The notes under the pieces: model-generated
Database searches by the model: none
What the model saw: the letters and a program-made list of their open reading frames with translations, nothing else
What the model was told of the DNA's origin: nothing
In this document: positions 11,599-25,420 of the stretch, piece after piece
Layout of the letters: every line of letters begins with the position of its first letter
Numbering within the stretch: the stretch's first letter is position 1
Assembly: GCF_963676685.1 (NCBI RefSeq)
Contig: NC_092357.1
Coordinates: 9,362,001 to 9,426,000, forward strand
DNA: 64,000 nucleotides
Source: Mytilus edulis
Lineage: Eukaryota
Direction: 5' to 3'
Position numbers and translations under genes: made by a program

Positions 11599-12830
11599 TA
11601 AGCTTTGGGTGTAAACTTTTTTAAATGAATTATTTCCATAAAACAATACATACAATATATGAGATAAAAAAAATTATGAAATCTGATTTTAAATGATTTG
11701 GCGATAGCTACATAAATATGCATCACATATGGAGAGAGGAGAGAGGTAGAAAAGGCAAGAGTCGGGAGATATTGTAAAAGACTATGTACAAATTGACCTC
11801 TAGTTGACCAAATATGAAGTTGTAAATCATTGTCAATATATTATATCTTATTGGATACGTATGTCAGGATAAACGAATATTAAAGTAAACAAACACTAAG
11901 TATGGTAATACCAGTACATTGTTTTCAACTTTCTATGCAAAACAAGCTGAATAATATGAAAAATAAATTAGAAAAGGTCAAGACCGTCTGTGACAATCGT
12001 CAACAATTTACTGCTGACTTTTAGTCATAATTTATATCGGTCATGACATTATTTAAATGATTCATTTAATTTTAAATTTCAAGTTTATAAATAAAATCTG
12101 AAGTCGTTGGAATATTGGAAAATGACCGGCGTATTTCTTTTTCGCTTGAATTTATCACATATCCTCTTTCATTTAAAATTCAAGATGATATCAAGGAATT
12201 GTGGTCAAAGAAATGATAGTGGTGGTTACAGAACGTACCCCCGTTTTTTGGCTGCCTATAAACTAAAAAACATCATGTATCAATTTTTAGCATCAGATCG
12301 TCGAATCTTTTTTACGCGTCACTCCGCTCAGCGGTATTATATTCAATCATCGGAATTTTCACCCCTTTCCAAAATATCTAGTTTGCTCATAAACGCGACG
12401 AGAGAAACTTGAAAATACTGATATTATTTTCTGATTTGGGCATTTTTACTTTTTACTTGTCTAAAATATTTTTTTTTAAATTTCTAATTTCATGTCTTGT
12501 GATAGATTAATAAAAAAGGGTGTTTTCAAATAAATATATCTCTAAAACGGGTGTTGCTAAACGGCGGAAACGGAAAACGGAACGGAAACGGAAACGGAAA
12601 GAAACTTTTTTATAGACCGAATTTAAGGGGGAAATAAAGAACTATAAAAATCAATAGATCTTGTCTTGCTTTTAATTTTTGCTATTAAAAGTTTTATCTA
12701 TTTACCATATATGTCAATATAACAGGCGAACATGCAAGTGAGAAAATTCGTCAAATAAGGTCGATAACTCCTGTAAGAAGTCATTTGACTGTTTTTACGT
12801 GAATGGACATTAGGCATAGCTCATCATTCT

Positions 12831-13190
12831 AATAAAATTGAGAATGAAAACGGGGATTATGTCAAAGAGGCAACAACCCTACCAAAGAGCAGACAACATC
12901 CGAAGGCCACCAATGAGTCTTCAACGCAGCGAGAAAATCCCGCACCCGAAAGTGGTATCAGCTGGCCCCTAAATAAAATTGTGTGCTAGTTCAGTGAAAA
13001 TGGGCATCACACTAAACTCCAGAAAATATAAATGAGATAAATTAAAAAAATATATAAAGACAGTCTGAAGACTAACAAAGGCCAATAGTTCCTGACTTGG
13101 GACAGGCTAGGGAATGTAGAATAAAGAAACATATATGAAGCATACACACAGTAAAACTCTTTTTAAAAGAAGTCCGAGTCCGATGTTAGT
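12831..13190 (-). mobile_element. Retroposon family B copy (nested)
   Basis: Similar to the reverse complement of about 61860-62258. Confidence 0.75.
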
Positions 13191-14041
13191 TTATACATGT
13201 TTTTTACATCAGGTTTTCGTTATTCATAGCGCCTCTTAATAGACAGCACTTGCATTGTATCCCTATGTTTTAATTTAACCCATGTCGGCTAACTTGTCTG
13301 ACAGGCAGGGTTATCCAACACAGTTTTTAAATTAGATACACCAATAGTAATTGTTGCAAAGTTTAACCAAAACTATCAGGCGACTCCCTTAAAGACATAT
13401 GTTCAATAACATTTGGCCCAGTAGTTTCAGAGACTGAGAAATTTTGTAAAAGTTAACCTTTAAAGACGAAACGAGACGACGAACGCCAAGCGACGAGAAA
13501 GCTCACTTAGTAGTGTCAGGTCAGATAAAAAAGAACTCTCGCAAAGTATACCACTAAAGACTAAAGCAGGTCTTAGAACCAACAGAAAACGACCATGACA
13601 GAGCAAAAACATTGAATGAACATTTCACTATAATTGTATCAATATAGAAGACATCAACTAAATATGTACCACTAAATAAACCGTTACATCCAAAATGGAA
13701 AGACATAATAAATTAAATATGGGCGAGAACACAATTAGAATATGGATTTAATACATAAAAAGTATGAGGGACAGAAGAAATAGGCCATAGAATGTAAAAA
13801 AAATAGACCTAAAAAATATGAAATGAATTAGCAGCTATCATATTATTATTCACCAATTTTTCCACAATCATCAATGCCAGCTTGATATCCGATGAATGGA
13901 CAACAGGAGACATTTGTGCATTTCCGCAAATTAAGTATCTCAAACATGCATTTTCTGCAAGATGCTGCAGCATATATATAGTATAGACCAACGTAATTGT
14001 GTTACCGTCTATAGCTTATTATAATATCATCAATGCTTTAC

Positions 14042-14495
14042 GTCTTAGATGCATGGTTCTTTTATTAGTTGTTATTGGCTTTGAAATATCTGTCAGTTAA
14101 CTGCGAGTACTCTCAAATCTGTACCGTCTAGTGTCTTATTGTTATTGTGATGTACAAGTACCCGACCACGTCCACTTGTATTTGTGTCCATCTGAGGAGT
14201 TACGCCTATTTGTATAGTAAATTCGTTCTTAAGTTGTAATGTTATACCACTGTCCCAGGTTAGGGGGAAGGTATGGATCCTGCTAACATGTTTAACCCAA
14301 CCACATTCTGTATGCATGGGCCTGTCCCAAGTCAGTAGCCTGTAATTCAGTGGTTCGAGTGTCGTTTGTTCTACATTTGTATGTTACATATTTATATTTA
14401 CTTCATTTTTTTGTACATAAATAAGGCCGTTAGTTTTCTCGTTTGAATTGTTTTACATTGTCATTTCTTTCGGGGCCTTTAACTGCTGACTATGC
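14042..14495 (+). mobile_element. Retroposon family A copy (nested, tail missing)
   Basis: Colinear with 49197-49630. Confidence 0.8.
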
Positions 14496-15738
14496 AAAAT
14501 TGAATTTTCAGAGAAGACTTCAGCGGCATAATATTTGAAGCAGCGTAGACAATTTGATTTTTCCATTTAGGCCACTTTTTGCATATCAATTCGTATTTAT
14601 TGATTTGAATTCTATGAGATATAATGTTTTTTCTATGGAAATACCTGAATACCAAACAGCAAACTTCAGTATTGCAAGGAGTTACTATACAAATCCTTGA
14701 GTATTGCAAAAGAGCGAGAAAGGCTTTGTGTAGTGAGAGATTTTGTCATTTTTTTTTCATAAAATTAAAGTATGTACAATTTTCTATTCTAGTTCCCTGG
14801 TTTCCATATTGGATTTTGTCCATACACCATTGTCCTATTAGGTTTCTTTCACGTTTTCTTTCCATTATACAAGAAAAGATACAACGAAAATCACCAATGC
14901 AGAATCATCTGACAACAAGATACACCACAACACTCATCTTGATTCACGGTAATGAAGAAAGAAAACAGAATAAAATAATGCAGAGGATTTCCCCAAAAGT
15001 TTATTACTTGACAACCTATTTATAGAATCGAGGCCAATGTCAATCTGTTTAGGCCTATATAGATTTTTTTTGTGTTGTTGGGTTGCTATCTTCTTGAAAT
15101 TGATCAAACCTTTTTTTAAAGAAACGTCGAACAGACTTTCCTGAATCGCATGAACGACGTACACATGACTTTAATATCAAATATTTCAAAAACATAGTCT
15201 CATCATCTCCTCGTAATTATTTTAATACTTTATGCTTTATAATCTTTTATTTTAAATTCATTCCTTTGGGTTACTTGTGAACATGTGTAATACTATATAA
15301 AACATATGCCTATGTAGATAAAAAAAAAAAAAAAACAATAATAAAATTCTGTTTCCGTTTTCCGTTTCCGTTCCGTTTTCCGTGTTCGCCGTTTAACACC
15401 CCTCTAAAACTGCATAACCGGTTTGTTATTTTAAACTATGATTAATCTGTGAATATTTATAATGTACAACAGTCGTTATATTCCGCCGATCTCCGTCTAA
15501 AAGGTCTCCGATTGCTCAAGCCCTCGATAGGATTTAGGCCGCTAGAGGGCGTAGAACTATTCGAGTTAATCGAAAACCTACTACAACCGTTTTTATATCA
15601 TTCGACTACCACACGATTTGCATGTAAAACAAAAAGTGCAATACACTTTACATGTTAATCAAAATCTAATCCTCAGAAAATGATATTTTACAAATCAGTG
15701 CTAATTTTTCTTGTCACGGCAGCTTCTCGAATAAGCAC

Positions 15739-16997
15739 TTTTTAGCTCACCTGGTCCGAAGTGCCAAGTGAGCTTTTCTCATCACTTTGCGTCCGTCGTC
15801 GTCGTCGTCTGTTAATTTTTACAAAAATCTTCTCCTCTGAAACTACTTTGTCAAATTTAACCAAACTTGGCCACAATCATCATTGGGGCATCTAGTTTAA
15901 AAAAAGTGTCCGGTGACCCGGCCAACCAACCAAGATGGCCGCCATGGCTAAAAATAGAACATAAGGGTAAAATGTAGATTTTGGCTTATATATCTCTGAA
16001 ACCAAAGCATTTATAGCAAATCTGACAGGAGTAAAATTGTTTATCAGATCAAGATCTATCTGCCCTGAAATTTTCAGTCAGATGAATTGGACAACCCGTT
16101 GTTGGGTTGTTTCCCCTGAATTGGTAATTTTAAGGAAATTTTGCTGTTTTGGGTTATTATCTTGAATATTATTATAGATAGAGATAAACTGTTAACAGCA
16201 ATAATGTTCAGCAAAGTAAAATTTACAAATAAGTCAACATGACCGAAATGGTCAGTTGATCCCTTTAGGAGTTATTGCCCTTTATAGTCAATTTTTAACC
16301 ATTTTTCGTAAATCTTAGTAATCTTTTACAAAAATCTTCTCCTCTGAAACTACTGGGCCAAATTAATCCAAACTTGGCCACAATCATCTTTGGGGTATCT
16401 AGTTTACAAAATGTGTCCGGTGACCCGGCCATCGAACCACGATGACCGCCACGGCTATAAATAGAACATAGGGGTAAAATGTAGTTTTTGGCTTATAACT
16501 CAAAAACCAAAGCATTTAGAGCAAATCTGACTGTGGTTAAATTGTTTATCAGGTCAATATCTATCTGCCCTAAAATTGTCAGATGAAATGGACAACCCGT
16601 TGTTAGGTTGCTGCCCCAGAATTTTTGTTGTTGTTATTATCATGAATATTATTATAGATGGAGATAAACTGTAAACAGCAATAATGTACAGCAAAGTAAG
16701 ACCCTAAAAATAAGTCAACATGACCAAAATGGTCAATTGACCCCTAAGGATTTATTGTCCTTTATAGTCAATTTTTAACAATTTTCATAAAATTTGTTTA
16801 TTTTTACTAACATTTTCCACTGAAACTACAGAGCCAAGTTCATTATAGATAGAGATAATTGTAAGCAGCAAGAATGTTCAGTACAAACACATCACCATCA
16901 CCAACACACAATTTTGTCATGAATCCATCTGCGTCCTTTGTTTAATATTCATATAGACCAAGGTGAGCGACACAGGCTCTTTAAAACCTCTAGTTTT
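15739..16997 (+). mobile_element. Helentron-associated non-autonomous element (HINE) with two internal units of about 508 bp
   Basis: 5' TTTAGCTCACCTG, short hairpin, (GTC)n microsatellite, internal repeats starting about 15820 and 16328, 3' AGGTGAGCGA, terminal T-run. Confidence 0.85.
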
Positions 16998-17188
16998 TTT
17001 TATTACAAACATTGTTTGATGCTGTTGGCACCAAATAAGATTAATAACTTTGTGAAGTTCAAACCGCGCAGTGCTAACCACCGCAGTTAGGTGTTTTGCT
17101 TCATTTGTGATGTATAGATACGAAGTTTGATTTTTTTATTTTTTTTTTAGCGTGGTTCGGTTTTTTAGATTGATAAATATTCCATAGG

Positions 17189-17263
17189 CATTCGGCAATC
17201 CTCGGTAGAATCCGCTACTCTCCTTCTGATGAGGGTACGGAATCGGCCGAGTTGAGACGAATG
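17189..17263. mobile_element. 75-bp hairpin micro-element with 10-bp TSD
   Basis: CATTCG...CGAATG termini; ATTCCATAGG at 17179-17188 and 17264-17273. Confidence 0.8.
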
Positions 17264-17627
17264 ATTCCATAGGCAGGTTATCCACCAGTCGTCGCTCACT
17301 TCCGGTATTTTCGGAACCTAAGTTCTTTGCACTTTTCGCAACATGACGACCTGTTGCTTTCAATTATTTACATGATTCCCGTTCTAACAAAACTGTTACA
17401 TTATAGTAAGTTTAATATCGTGTTTTTAGTGTACAGAAGAAGGCAGGAAAAAATACATGCCATTCTTTGCATGCTTAACAAAAATATTGCACGCAAAGTA
17501 ATGACAACTTACTGACCAATTCAAAAGGACTGATACGCACCCACCTTAACATGCTAAATGTTTGACCTTATCTATTTTACTGGCTGTGAAATGCAACAGC
17601 TGTTTATTTTGTCAAATACAAGATGTC

Positions 17628-17906
17628 ATTTTTATGCCCCATTTATGGACATTATGTTTTCTGGTATGTGTGTCCGCTCGTTTGTTCGTCCGTGCGTCCG
17701 TACGTCCGTCCCGCTTCAGGTTAAAGTTTTTGATCGAGGTAGTTTTTGTTGAAGTTGAAGTCCAATCAACTTGAAACTTAGTAAACATGTTACCCATATG
17801 ATATTTTTAATTTCAATGCCGAGTTTATCCCATTTTCACGGTTCATTGGACATAGAAAATGATAGTGCGGATGGGGCATCCGTGTACTTCGGGCATATTC
17901 TTGTTT
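17628..17906 (+). mobile_element. Short HINE-like element
   Basis: 5' TTTTATGCCCCAT, (GTCC)n-like microsatellite, 3' ATGGGGCAT and T-run; related fragments at about 32985-33170 and 4540-4590. Confidence 0.75.
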
Positions 17907-18343
17907 CGTTATTTTAAAACATAAATTTCGCTAGTTTTTCGAAACTGGGTCGCAACTAAACGTAGTTTCAGAACCGTAGTTGCAGACTTGTGTTGTAAAA
18001 AAATATACAACCATCATCTTTATCCTATGTCTGTATTATACACAAAATAAAATTTAAAAAATGCATTGTGCTAAACAAGTTTACAATGTAAAACATACTT
18101 CATGTTATATATACGAAAATAAGATAATAATAAATGTTTCATTCACATTCACAAGCAGTCCCCTATTAATAAATGTTGATTTATATTCACGTATGTATTA
18201 AAAGTAAGTTTTATCAAACATTGACCTGGCCTGTTTCCAGGATACACCTGTGAGCTTAGCTTTTTGGTGCAAGCTTCGTATTTTTTTATATTTTAGAATT
18301 TGTCACATTATAAATAAAGGATGATGTACGTGAGACAACTACC

Positions 18344-18419
18344 CATTCGTCTCAACTCGGCCGATTCCATACCCTCATCTAAGAAGAGTAGCAGATTCTG
18401 TACCGAGGATTGCCGAATG
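18344..18419. mobile_element. Second, inverted copy of the 75-bp micro-element
   Basis: Near reverse complement of 17189-17263; degenerate TSD ACAACTACC / AAAACTATC. Confidence 0.8.
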
Positions 18420-19392
18420 AAAACTATCCACAGATTTCAAATGATGCGTAGGGCCGTAACTAACAAAATGTTTTATATGGTCAGGATATGCTCGCTGTAT
18501 TGAAGACCCATTTGTAGTCTTCCGCTGTTTTCTGCACTTTCGTCGGGTTGTTGTCTCTGACAATTTCCCTTTAGTCATCCTCAATTATAAACATATGTGT
18601 AAAAGGCGGCATTATGATAGGCTGGAGTTTGAGGCCAGCTAAGTACCTAAATGCTGAGCCGTTTTTCGTGCTTTGTTATGCAATTCCTGTTTGGTGTGAG
18701 CCAAGGCTTCGTGTTGAAGACCGTACTTTGACCTACTAGTATTATGGTTTACTTTTTACACATTTTGACTTGGACGGAGGGTTGTCTCATTGGCACTTAT
18801 AACACATCTTTTTATATCTATCTTCACGGTTTCAGCTGCTGCATTCGCCCTATTACAGTTGACGTGCGCCTTCAGATTTAAGCGGTTTGTTTATCATTAT
18901 TCCATACCAATTCAGTAGCGATTGTACTAGTATTTGCCCTATAAAACCGACAGATTTCATAAAGCAGCAGTCTTTAAATAAGAAGTGAGCTTTTACAAAT
19001 ACACATGTATCATTTTATGTGGTTCTTTTGTCTATAGCTAATTTCATATTAGTTTTCCATAAATAGGAGACAACCGGCATTGTTCCGTCACATAATTTAC
19101 GGTACTAAAAGTCATAGTCTTATGATGAGATAACCTTATAATACCGTATTTAGTCCGAGTAAAAAGGCACGACATGAACAATGTTAAACAATTAAAACGA
19201 ATAACAAACGGACAATTTAGAAGAAACAAAATTACAAGTTCATAGATATGTGATGTAATAATTTTGTGTCAGAAAAAGCACAAACGTGTGCAAACACTTC
19301 AAGGTTTCGTCAGATTATATACATAATGTAAATATTTTATAATGGTGTCCGAACTGTTTGGCATTCGAAAAGAATTTAAACAGCTTAAGCTA

Positions 19393-20562
19393 GGCCGTGT
19401 TCACATTGACTCGGACCTAATCTCGGTGTTGTGTTAGTGTAACTCACACATAAACTAAACATAATTACGTTCCCATTGATAAAATTCAATGTTTACATGT
19501 AGTTTAAATCATGTTTTTCTACATGCAGTCCATAGCCGATGTAGGCCTTGTGTAGGTTAAGTGTACACAAAACTAGGCATTCGTAACTTTAATTTCCCCA
19601 TGTATATTTAAAAAAGATACAATTTTTATATAAAATTGATACTTATAACACTTATTACCAAAGTTCTTTACAGAAATATTTGTCTAAACTTGCTATACTT
19701 ATTTGTTATAAAAACACTTTACGTAGCCTTGTATTAACCCCTAATCAAGACTCATCCATCATCATTGCCGAACACATAATTCATTTGAAAAAAGGTCTTC
19801 CCGAATCGATTGAACGTACACACTGACAGAAATATTTGCCACTGGGTTTATACTCAAACAACGATTCACTCATAAATGTATTACTGAAAATGGTGAGTTT
19901 AATTGTGTGTAGTATCTCAGATCCGTTAAAATACAATTAGAAATAAAAAAAAAAAAAAACATTACCCCTCCCTTTGCCAAATACTCCTTGGAGAAAAAAT
20001 ATCATTTGAAACAAACAGAGATAAGCACGCTCATTGCGAGCCTATGTTTTGAATGCGTAATCGAGACATCTTCAAACTACTGCAAATCATCCAAATTGAC
20101 TTTCTGAAAGTAGCAACCACTTTACTTTAAAAAAAAAGGGGGGGATGTTCTGAGTCAGATTTTTTTCTCTCGCGAAAGTTTATAATTAGTTTTTTTTTTC
20201 GATGGTACCAATTCAATATTTAACACTATAATGTATGGGGGGACTTTGGATTCAGAATATTTGTTCTTTCTAATCATCTGAATAACCCGATTTTTTTAAA
20301 TCAAATTGTGGAAAAATCCATCCCCCCCTTTTTTTTAAACGTTAAATGGTCGTTCCCTAACTGCTAAAAAAGTTGTTCGAAAATTTGAATTCGGTTCTAC
20401 AAAAAAAATGCACATTTAAATGACATATAGTTTACAAGTGTGAACAAATCTAATGTACAGGTAGCTAAACAAGGTGTATAGATGTGAACAAATTTAATGT
20501 GAAACTAGTGTACATTACATTAAACATGTTTACTGCACACGGCGTTTGGTGTGAACACGGCC
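19393..20562. mobile_element. PIF/Harbinger-like non-autonomous element
   Basis: TIR GGCCGTGTTCACA / TGTGAACACGGCC; 3-bp TSD CTA. Confidence 0.75.
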
Positions 20563-22137
20563 CTACTCGCATGCAGCGACTTTAAAATCTTGTTTCTCGG
20601 GGATCGTTTTCAGTTTTGAGATGGTCCCTTAAAACAGATCGTTAATCCCAAAGTCGGATGTTATACTGTATACATTAAATATAGTAACATAAACAACATT
20701 AATATATTAGTCAGGTGTTGATGCAATATGTCTAATAATCGTGACATAATAGATAAAACACATACTATTCTAGTCATTGTAACTCGCTGATTTATAGTGT
20801 TGACCTAAATTCAGAAGTCGACTGGCATACATTTAAAGGAGCAACCATTAAATTTCAGGGGGGAGGAAGGGTATGTTTTGTTCGTCTTAGTCATATCCCC
20901 CCCCCCCCCCCCCCGCCATTAAATTATTTTCCAAAATTTAAAGCTATAAGGTATTTGGAAAATCTGGATCCTGAATATTTCTTTTTGTCATATGCTTGTA
21001 CAAAATATCTTCTTCTTATTATTGATTCAATATTTATCCATTTAAAATATCCCTGAAACCCCTCGCTGTTATTACATTATTCCAATGAGGCACCATCATT
21101 CATTACCATAGAGTATTCATCATGTAAACAAAGATTCATAAAAGAAAACAATTTTTTTAAATATTCATATTTATTTCTATAACAGTACAATTAAACAATT
21201 GACAGCAATGGATGGTTGTCATATTTAGTCTCATTGTCAATTATACCCCATCTCAATAGTGTTATACAAACATGATTCTAAAACAAATCCCATTTGCACT
21301 GAAAATTTGTTGAGTCAATCTTACTTAAAAAGACAGTTTATAATGCATGAAAGTTTAGAATATTTCTTAACGTATCATTAATTTACATTTTAGCGTATTT
21401 TATTTTGAAAATTCCAATTTGATGAAAAACTCGAGTAAGTAAGGAATGCGCATAGCGCGCGCATTACTGACTAAATTGCATTTGTTTTCGGAACAATATA
21501 TACATACTAGTACACTGTATATGGGGAAATGGGCATAGCGCGAAATTCATTATTGGCTCCTTAAAATTCAGTTGTTTTCGGAAAAATATACATAAAGATA
21601 CCATATTTGTGAAAATGCGAAAAGCTCGTAACTGACAAAATTAAAGTTGTTTTCGGAACACAATATGTGCTAGTATATGTGATTTTTATGTAGTTTTTAA
21701 AGTTAAATTTGGAATATTTTATGAGCAAGTACCTTCCAAAAATATGCTAACCAAATGAAAATAATTTATAAGACGTCAAACATTTGTAGATTCTAAAACG
21801 AATCTGTTTAAAAGTGCTTGAATTACTTTTTTTTCTTTTTTTTTTATAAAAAAAACCCAATATAATTAAAAAATCTTACGTCTCTCGATAATCCGTGTTC
21901 AGTGTGAACAAACGATTTGAAACTACATAGACTGACACACTATAATATAGGTATAAAAAGGGAAATCTTTTGTAGAAGCTTAAAATTGCTTAGATGTATA
22001 TAAATACCAAAGTATTCAAGGAATTCTCATATTAATGATCCGATATATAAATTATCCTATAAAACTACTGTAACACATGCTTTGAGCATTTTTTTTCTCA
22101 CTATAACAGCAAGTCAAAGTTTTTCTGTAAGACTTTT

Positions 22138-23007
22138 CTACCATTTTAGCTTTCCCGGAACATATTTCTCCACAAGTTTTGTGTAATAAGGCACCAACTC
22201 CTCTAGCGGAGGAATATCTGGAGTTTTGGAATACAGATCAAATTTATTGAACTCGTTCACCCATTTCATCATTTCCAAGTCCTTGTTGTCGCACAGATAT
22301 TTGTAAGCACCGGAAGTGTGCCAGGGATAAAATGAATGAAACCGGATGCAGTATAAGGCTTCCTCTGGAAGATGGCAAGTATTTTCGGGAGCTTTCAGAA
22401 CACGGTAAAGATATTCATCGTGACCCCAAGACATGTAAACGTTTGTCAAACCGCAGTTTTCTTCGTAGATTCCTAGTTTCGTGTTGGTTTTCTCATTTTG
22501 TAAATCGGGATTGTCTTTAAAAAGTTCGGCGTCAAACACGATCGATTTATCGGGACGGCAGCCGACTGGAAAAGTATCTCCAACGGTCGAAAATTGTGGT
22601 TCACCCCACAGCGCCATTACTTTTCCAACATCATGGATCAAACCTGTAACTTGGAACCATTCGTTGTTAGGGTGTTTCTGTCGGATACCCTGGGCCGTTT
22701 GGAATGCGTGGACGGAATTCGGTACATCGACATCGGGGTCGCTCTCATCCATAAAATTGTTCAACATGTTTAGCGCTTCCATAATGCTCATCTCGCCATG
22801 GTTGAATTTGCACCAATATTCATTTTTCTTTTTCACATAATCCAGGGTCTGGGTAGTGTGCATTGCTCTATATGTATTGATCACTCTTTCGGGTGATGTG
22901 TGGATATCGAACGTACGGTAGTCATCTTTGTCTTTATATTCTGGACGGTATTCTGACGGATCTTCAAGAGACACCGAGCCTGGAAGTACGACTTGAGCGT
23001 TCGACAT
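22138..23007 (-). CDS. MIOX: Myo-inositol oxygenase, 289 aa, intronless CDS
   Basis: Motifs DESDPD, HAFQTA, GLIHDVGK, GDTFPVGC, SWGHDEYLY, RFHSFYPWH, FNKFDLYSK; di-iron His/Asp ligands present. Confidence 0.96.
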   Translation of the reverse strand: MSNAQVVLPGSVSLEDPSEYRPEYKDKDDYRTFDIHTSPERVINTYRAMHTTQTLDYVKKKNEYWCKFNHGEMSIMEALNMLNNFMDESDPDVDVPNSVHAFQTAQGIRQKHPNNEWFQVTGLIHDVGKVMALWGEPQFSTVGDTFPVGCRPDKSIVFDAELFKDNPDLQNEKTNTKLGIYEENCGLTNVYMSWGHDEYLYRVLKAPENTCHLPEEALYCIRFHSFYPWHTSGAYKYLCDNKDLEMMKWVNEFNKFDLYSKTPDIPPLEELVPYYTKLVEKYVPGKLKW

Positions 23008-23204
23008 GATCGTAGCATATGATTGTATTGAATGATCTATAGTCTACCTATGTATATAGTTTCAATTGATACTATACAATAAATCCGGTTAGAACCGCTT
23101 ACATTTTTAATACCTGTATAATCGTATAGTCTATTCCAAATAAGTTTGTTTTGGTGTCAAGGGATGTTCTCAAAACGTAATTTTTTTTGGTGATGGGAGT
23201 ACGT

Positions 23205-23211
23205 ATTTATA
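23205..23211 (-). promoter_or_regulatory. Candidate TATA box (TATAAAT) for MIOX
   Basis: About 200 nt upstream of the ATG on the minus strand; motif match only. Confidence 0.3.
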
Positions 23212-25246
23212 CGTGGTTGTTGATGTTTTACGTTTTAACTGCAGGAGGGGCCGGTTGTGTAGCCTGGTCGGAAAATGTCTTAAGTGCAGTTTTACAATTG
23301 ATTAAATAAAAAAAAAAATGAGAAGACAAATGGGGAATATGTCACAAAGAGACAACACTGAACTCGACCAAAGAGCACACAGCATGCAACTATTTGCAGA
23401 AAATCGTCTTTCGCCGTTAATACAGATAATGATGATATAAGCAGTAAATGTAGAAACATTTGTAATCATATATATTATTGCGATTGTTGGACTAACACGG
23501 AGAGCGATCGAAGTGTAGAAGTATACTAATTAACACCATGAAGCCATTAAATTGGATGTCCTGCTTTTTAATATCACATGTGCTTTTCGAACGAACAAAA
23601 TTAAAGGATATTGCTTAAGACTCCCTTCTCGTGCAATTATTGAAATCTATCATGTTGCAAAACATTACATCATGGAGTAACTTAAATCAGATAAACCCCA
23701 AAAGGGCTAACACCCTAAGGGTGTATTAATATACTTACATTTCGTCTTACATAGAGAAATTTATCAATACGATTACCTTAATTTTTTAGATTAAATTTGA
23801 TTTAAGTCGGTTTCGTAATCTTTTGGCCATAAGATAATTTTAAACGTCTTCTTTAAAAGGATTTTAACAAAAATTCATGTAAAACAAATACTTCATATCA
23901 AAAGTTTTCTAGTTATTTTAAGAGTTGTTCAGGTGGCAGAAACCATGCAGTTATTTTACAATAAATCTTTAGAATTTCATGGATTAACCGATTTGTGATT
24001 AAATTTTCTTGAAAAATATATACAAATAAAATGTATGGTTTCAAGTGTTTAAGATGTGCGCGTACTTTAATATGTTAATATATAGAAAAATTTTTAAATC
24101 TATAAATTCATTGCTAATAAGGCAAAAAAAATTATGCTCTTATATAAATCTTATCCTCACCTGCAGAATCCTCCTAATAGCAGAAAAGAATTTTAGGCAA
24201 AATTTCAAGAGATAAATTATATTCAATGAATAAGAGCTTTGTTCTGATCCTATCCTTACCATCAAAATCTCAAGACAGTTTTGTTAACAAAAATTAATTT
24301 CCCCCTCACTTTGACTTTATGCCGTCAAGTGAGGAGACCACAATTTTTCATGACTTCTGATTGGACTCATACCACATCTTCTTATATCTCAATATTAAAG
24401 ATTCTACAATTCAGGTTAATGGTGGTTTTCCAGGCGCTTATTTCCGAAAAAAAATACCCCTATAACGTGATGTAACCTAAATGGAATATTAAGGTATATT
24501 AATTATTGTTAAAAGAAAATAGAGACAAGTGCCTGTGGGTGCTTGCTACTATCGGTTTTATTCCGTCATTACTATATCTGTTTGACTCGTTTTTGTTTGA
24601 ATACTACTACTTGCAGAGACTGGTTTAGGGGGAGTATGCATGATATACGTTTTACATGATTTTACTCCTGCATAGGTTTGTGCCTCCTCTCTTTTCAAAA
24701 TCCTAGTTCTGCAGATGACTGTAATACATTCAAAATTAGAAACATGTAACATAAAGTTATAAAATTTGACCGCTAGTTCAAGTTTAGATAATACTATCAA
24801 ACTGACCTATCAAGCTGTTCCAAATATTGACACGTCTGGTGAAAAACGTGATGGTTCGAAACTCGGGGCAATAGGGACAATAGTCTTGGTATCAATCAAG
24901 CCTTTAATGATGATTTATTTATGGTTCCGGACAGATTATACATGCTTTAAATCAGATTAAAAATGCTGTAAAAATAACAAAATAGCAACACGGCAAGATG
25001 AACAATAAGTCTGAAACTTATATCAGAACATAGGGGTCCTTGCTGTTGGGTGTGAACCAAGGCTCGCGTTAAAGGCCGTACTGTGACAAATAATGGTTTA
25101 CTTTTACGAATTGCGACTTGGATGAAGAGTTGCCCCGTATGCCCTTATACCACATCTTCTTATTTATATATAAATGTTGTTTTTATATTAGAAAATTGGA
25201 CAAGAAGCAATCAGCCAGTTGTTAATAATTAAAGTCTCACTGTTTG

Positions 25247-25420
25247 TCCCTTCCGGAGCACCCGAGATCACCCGCGGGTTTTGTTTAGTTATTGTTGCCC
25301 AGTTTTTTATGCTGTGTTTTGTGTACTATAGTTTCCGTCTTTTCTTCGTTTTTCTTTCGTTTGCTACGGCAATGTCAGTTTGCTTTCGCCATATGAGTTT
25401 GAATATCCCTTTGGTATCTT
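25247..25420 (+). mobile_element. Degenerate copy of the Penelope-like element 3' tail
   Basis: CCCTTCCGGAGCACC.GAGATCACCC..CCCTTTGGTATCTT matches 39313-39490; further copies at 25747-25820 and 46555-46715 (-). Confidence 0.7.

Larger units (their letters stand above)
12549..15401. mobile_element. 2.85-kb non-autonomous Mutator-like DNA transposon with nested insertions
   Basis: TIRs GGGTGTT..AAACGGCGGAAACGGAAAACGGAACGG / inverse; 9-bp TSD CTCTAAAAC at 12540-12548 and 15402-15410; no transposase ORF. Confidence 0.8.

Noticed and set aside
10481-11655. Cys-rich ORFs (YLDTCVKHLDGCV repeats)
   Set aside because: Translation of the 42-bp minisatellite, broken by a MITE
17189-18419. Single 1.2-kb transposon with 75-bp TIRs
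   Set aside because: Each 75-bp copy has its own flanking duplication, so they are two separate insertions
6121-23007. GRHPR and MIOX as a metabolic gene cluster
   Set aside because: Different pathways, 13 kb apart and convergent; no evidence beyond adjacency
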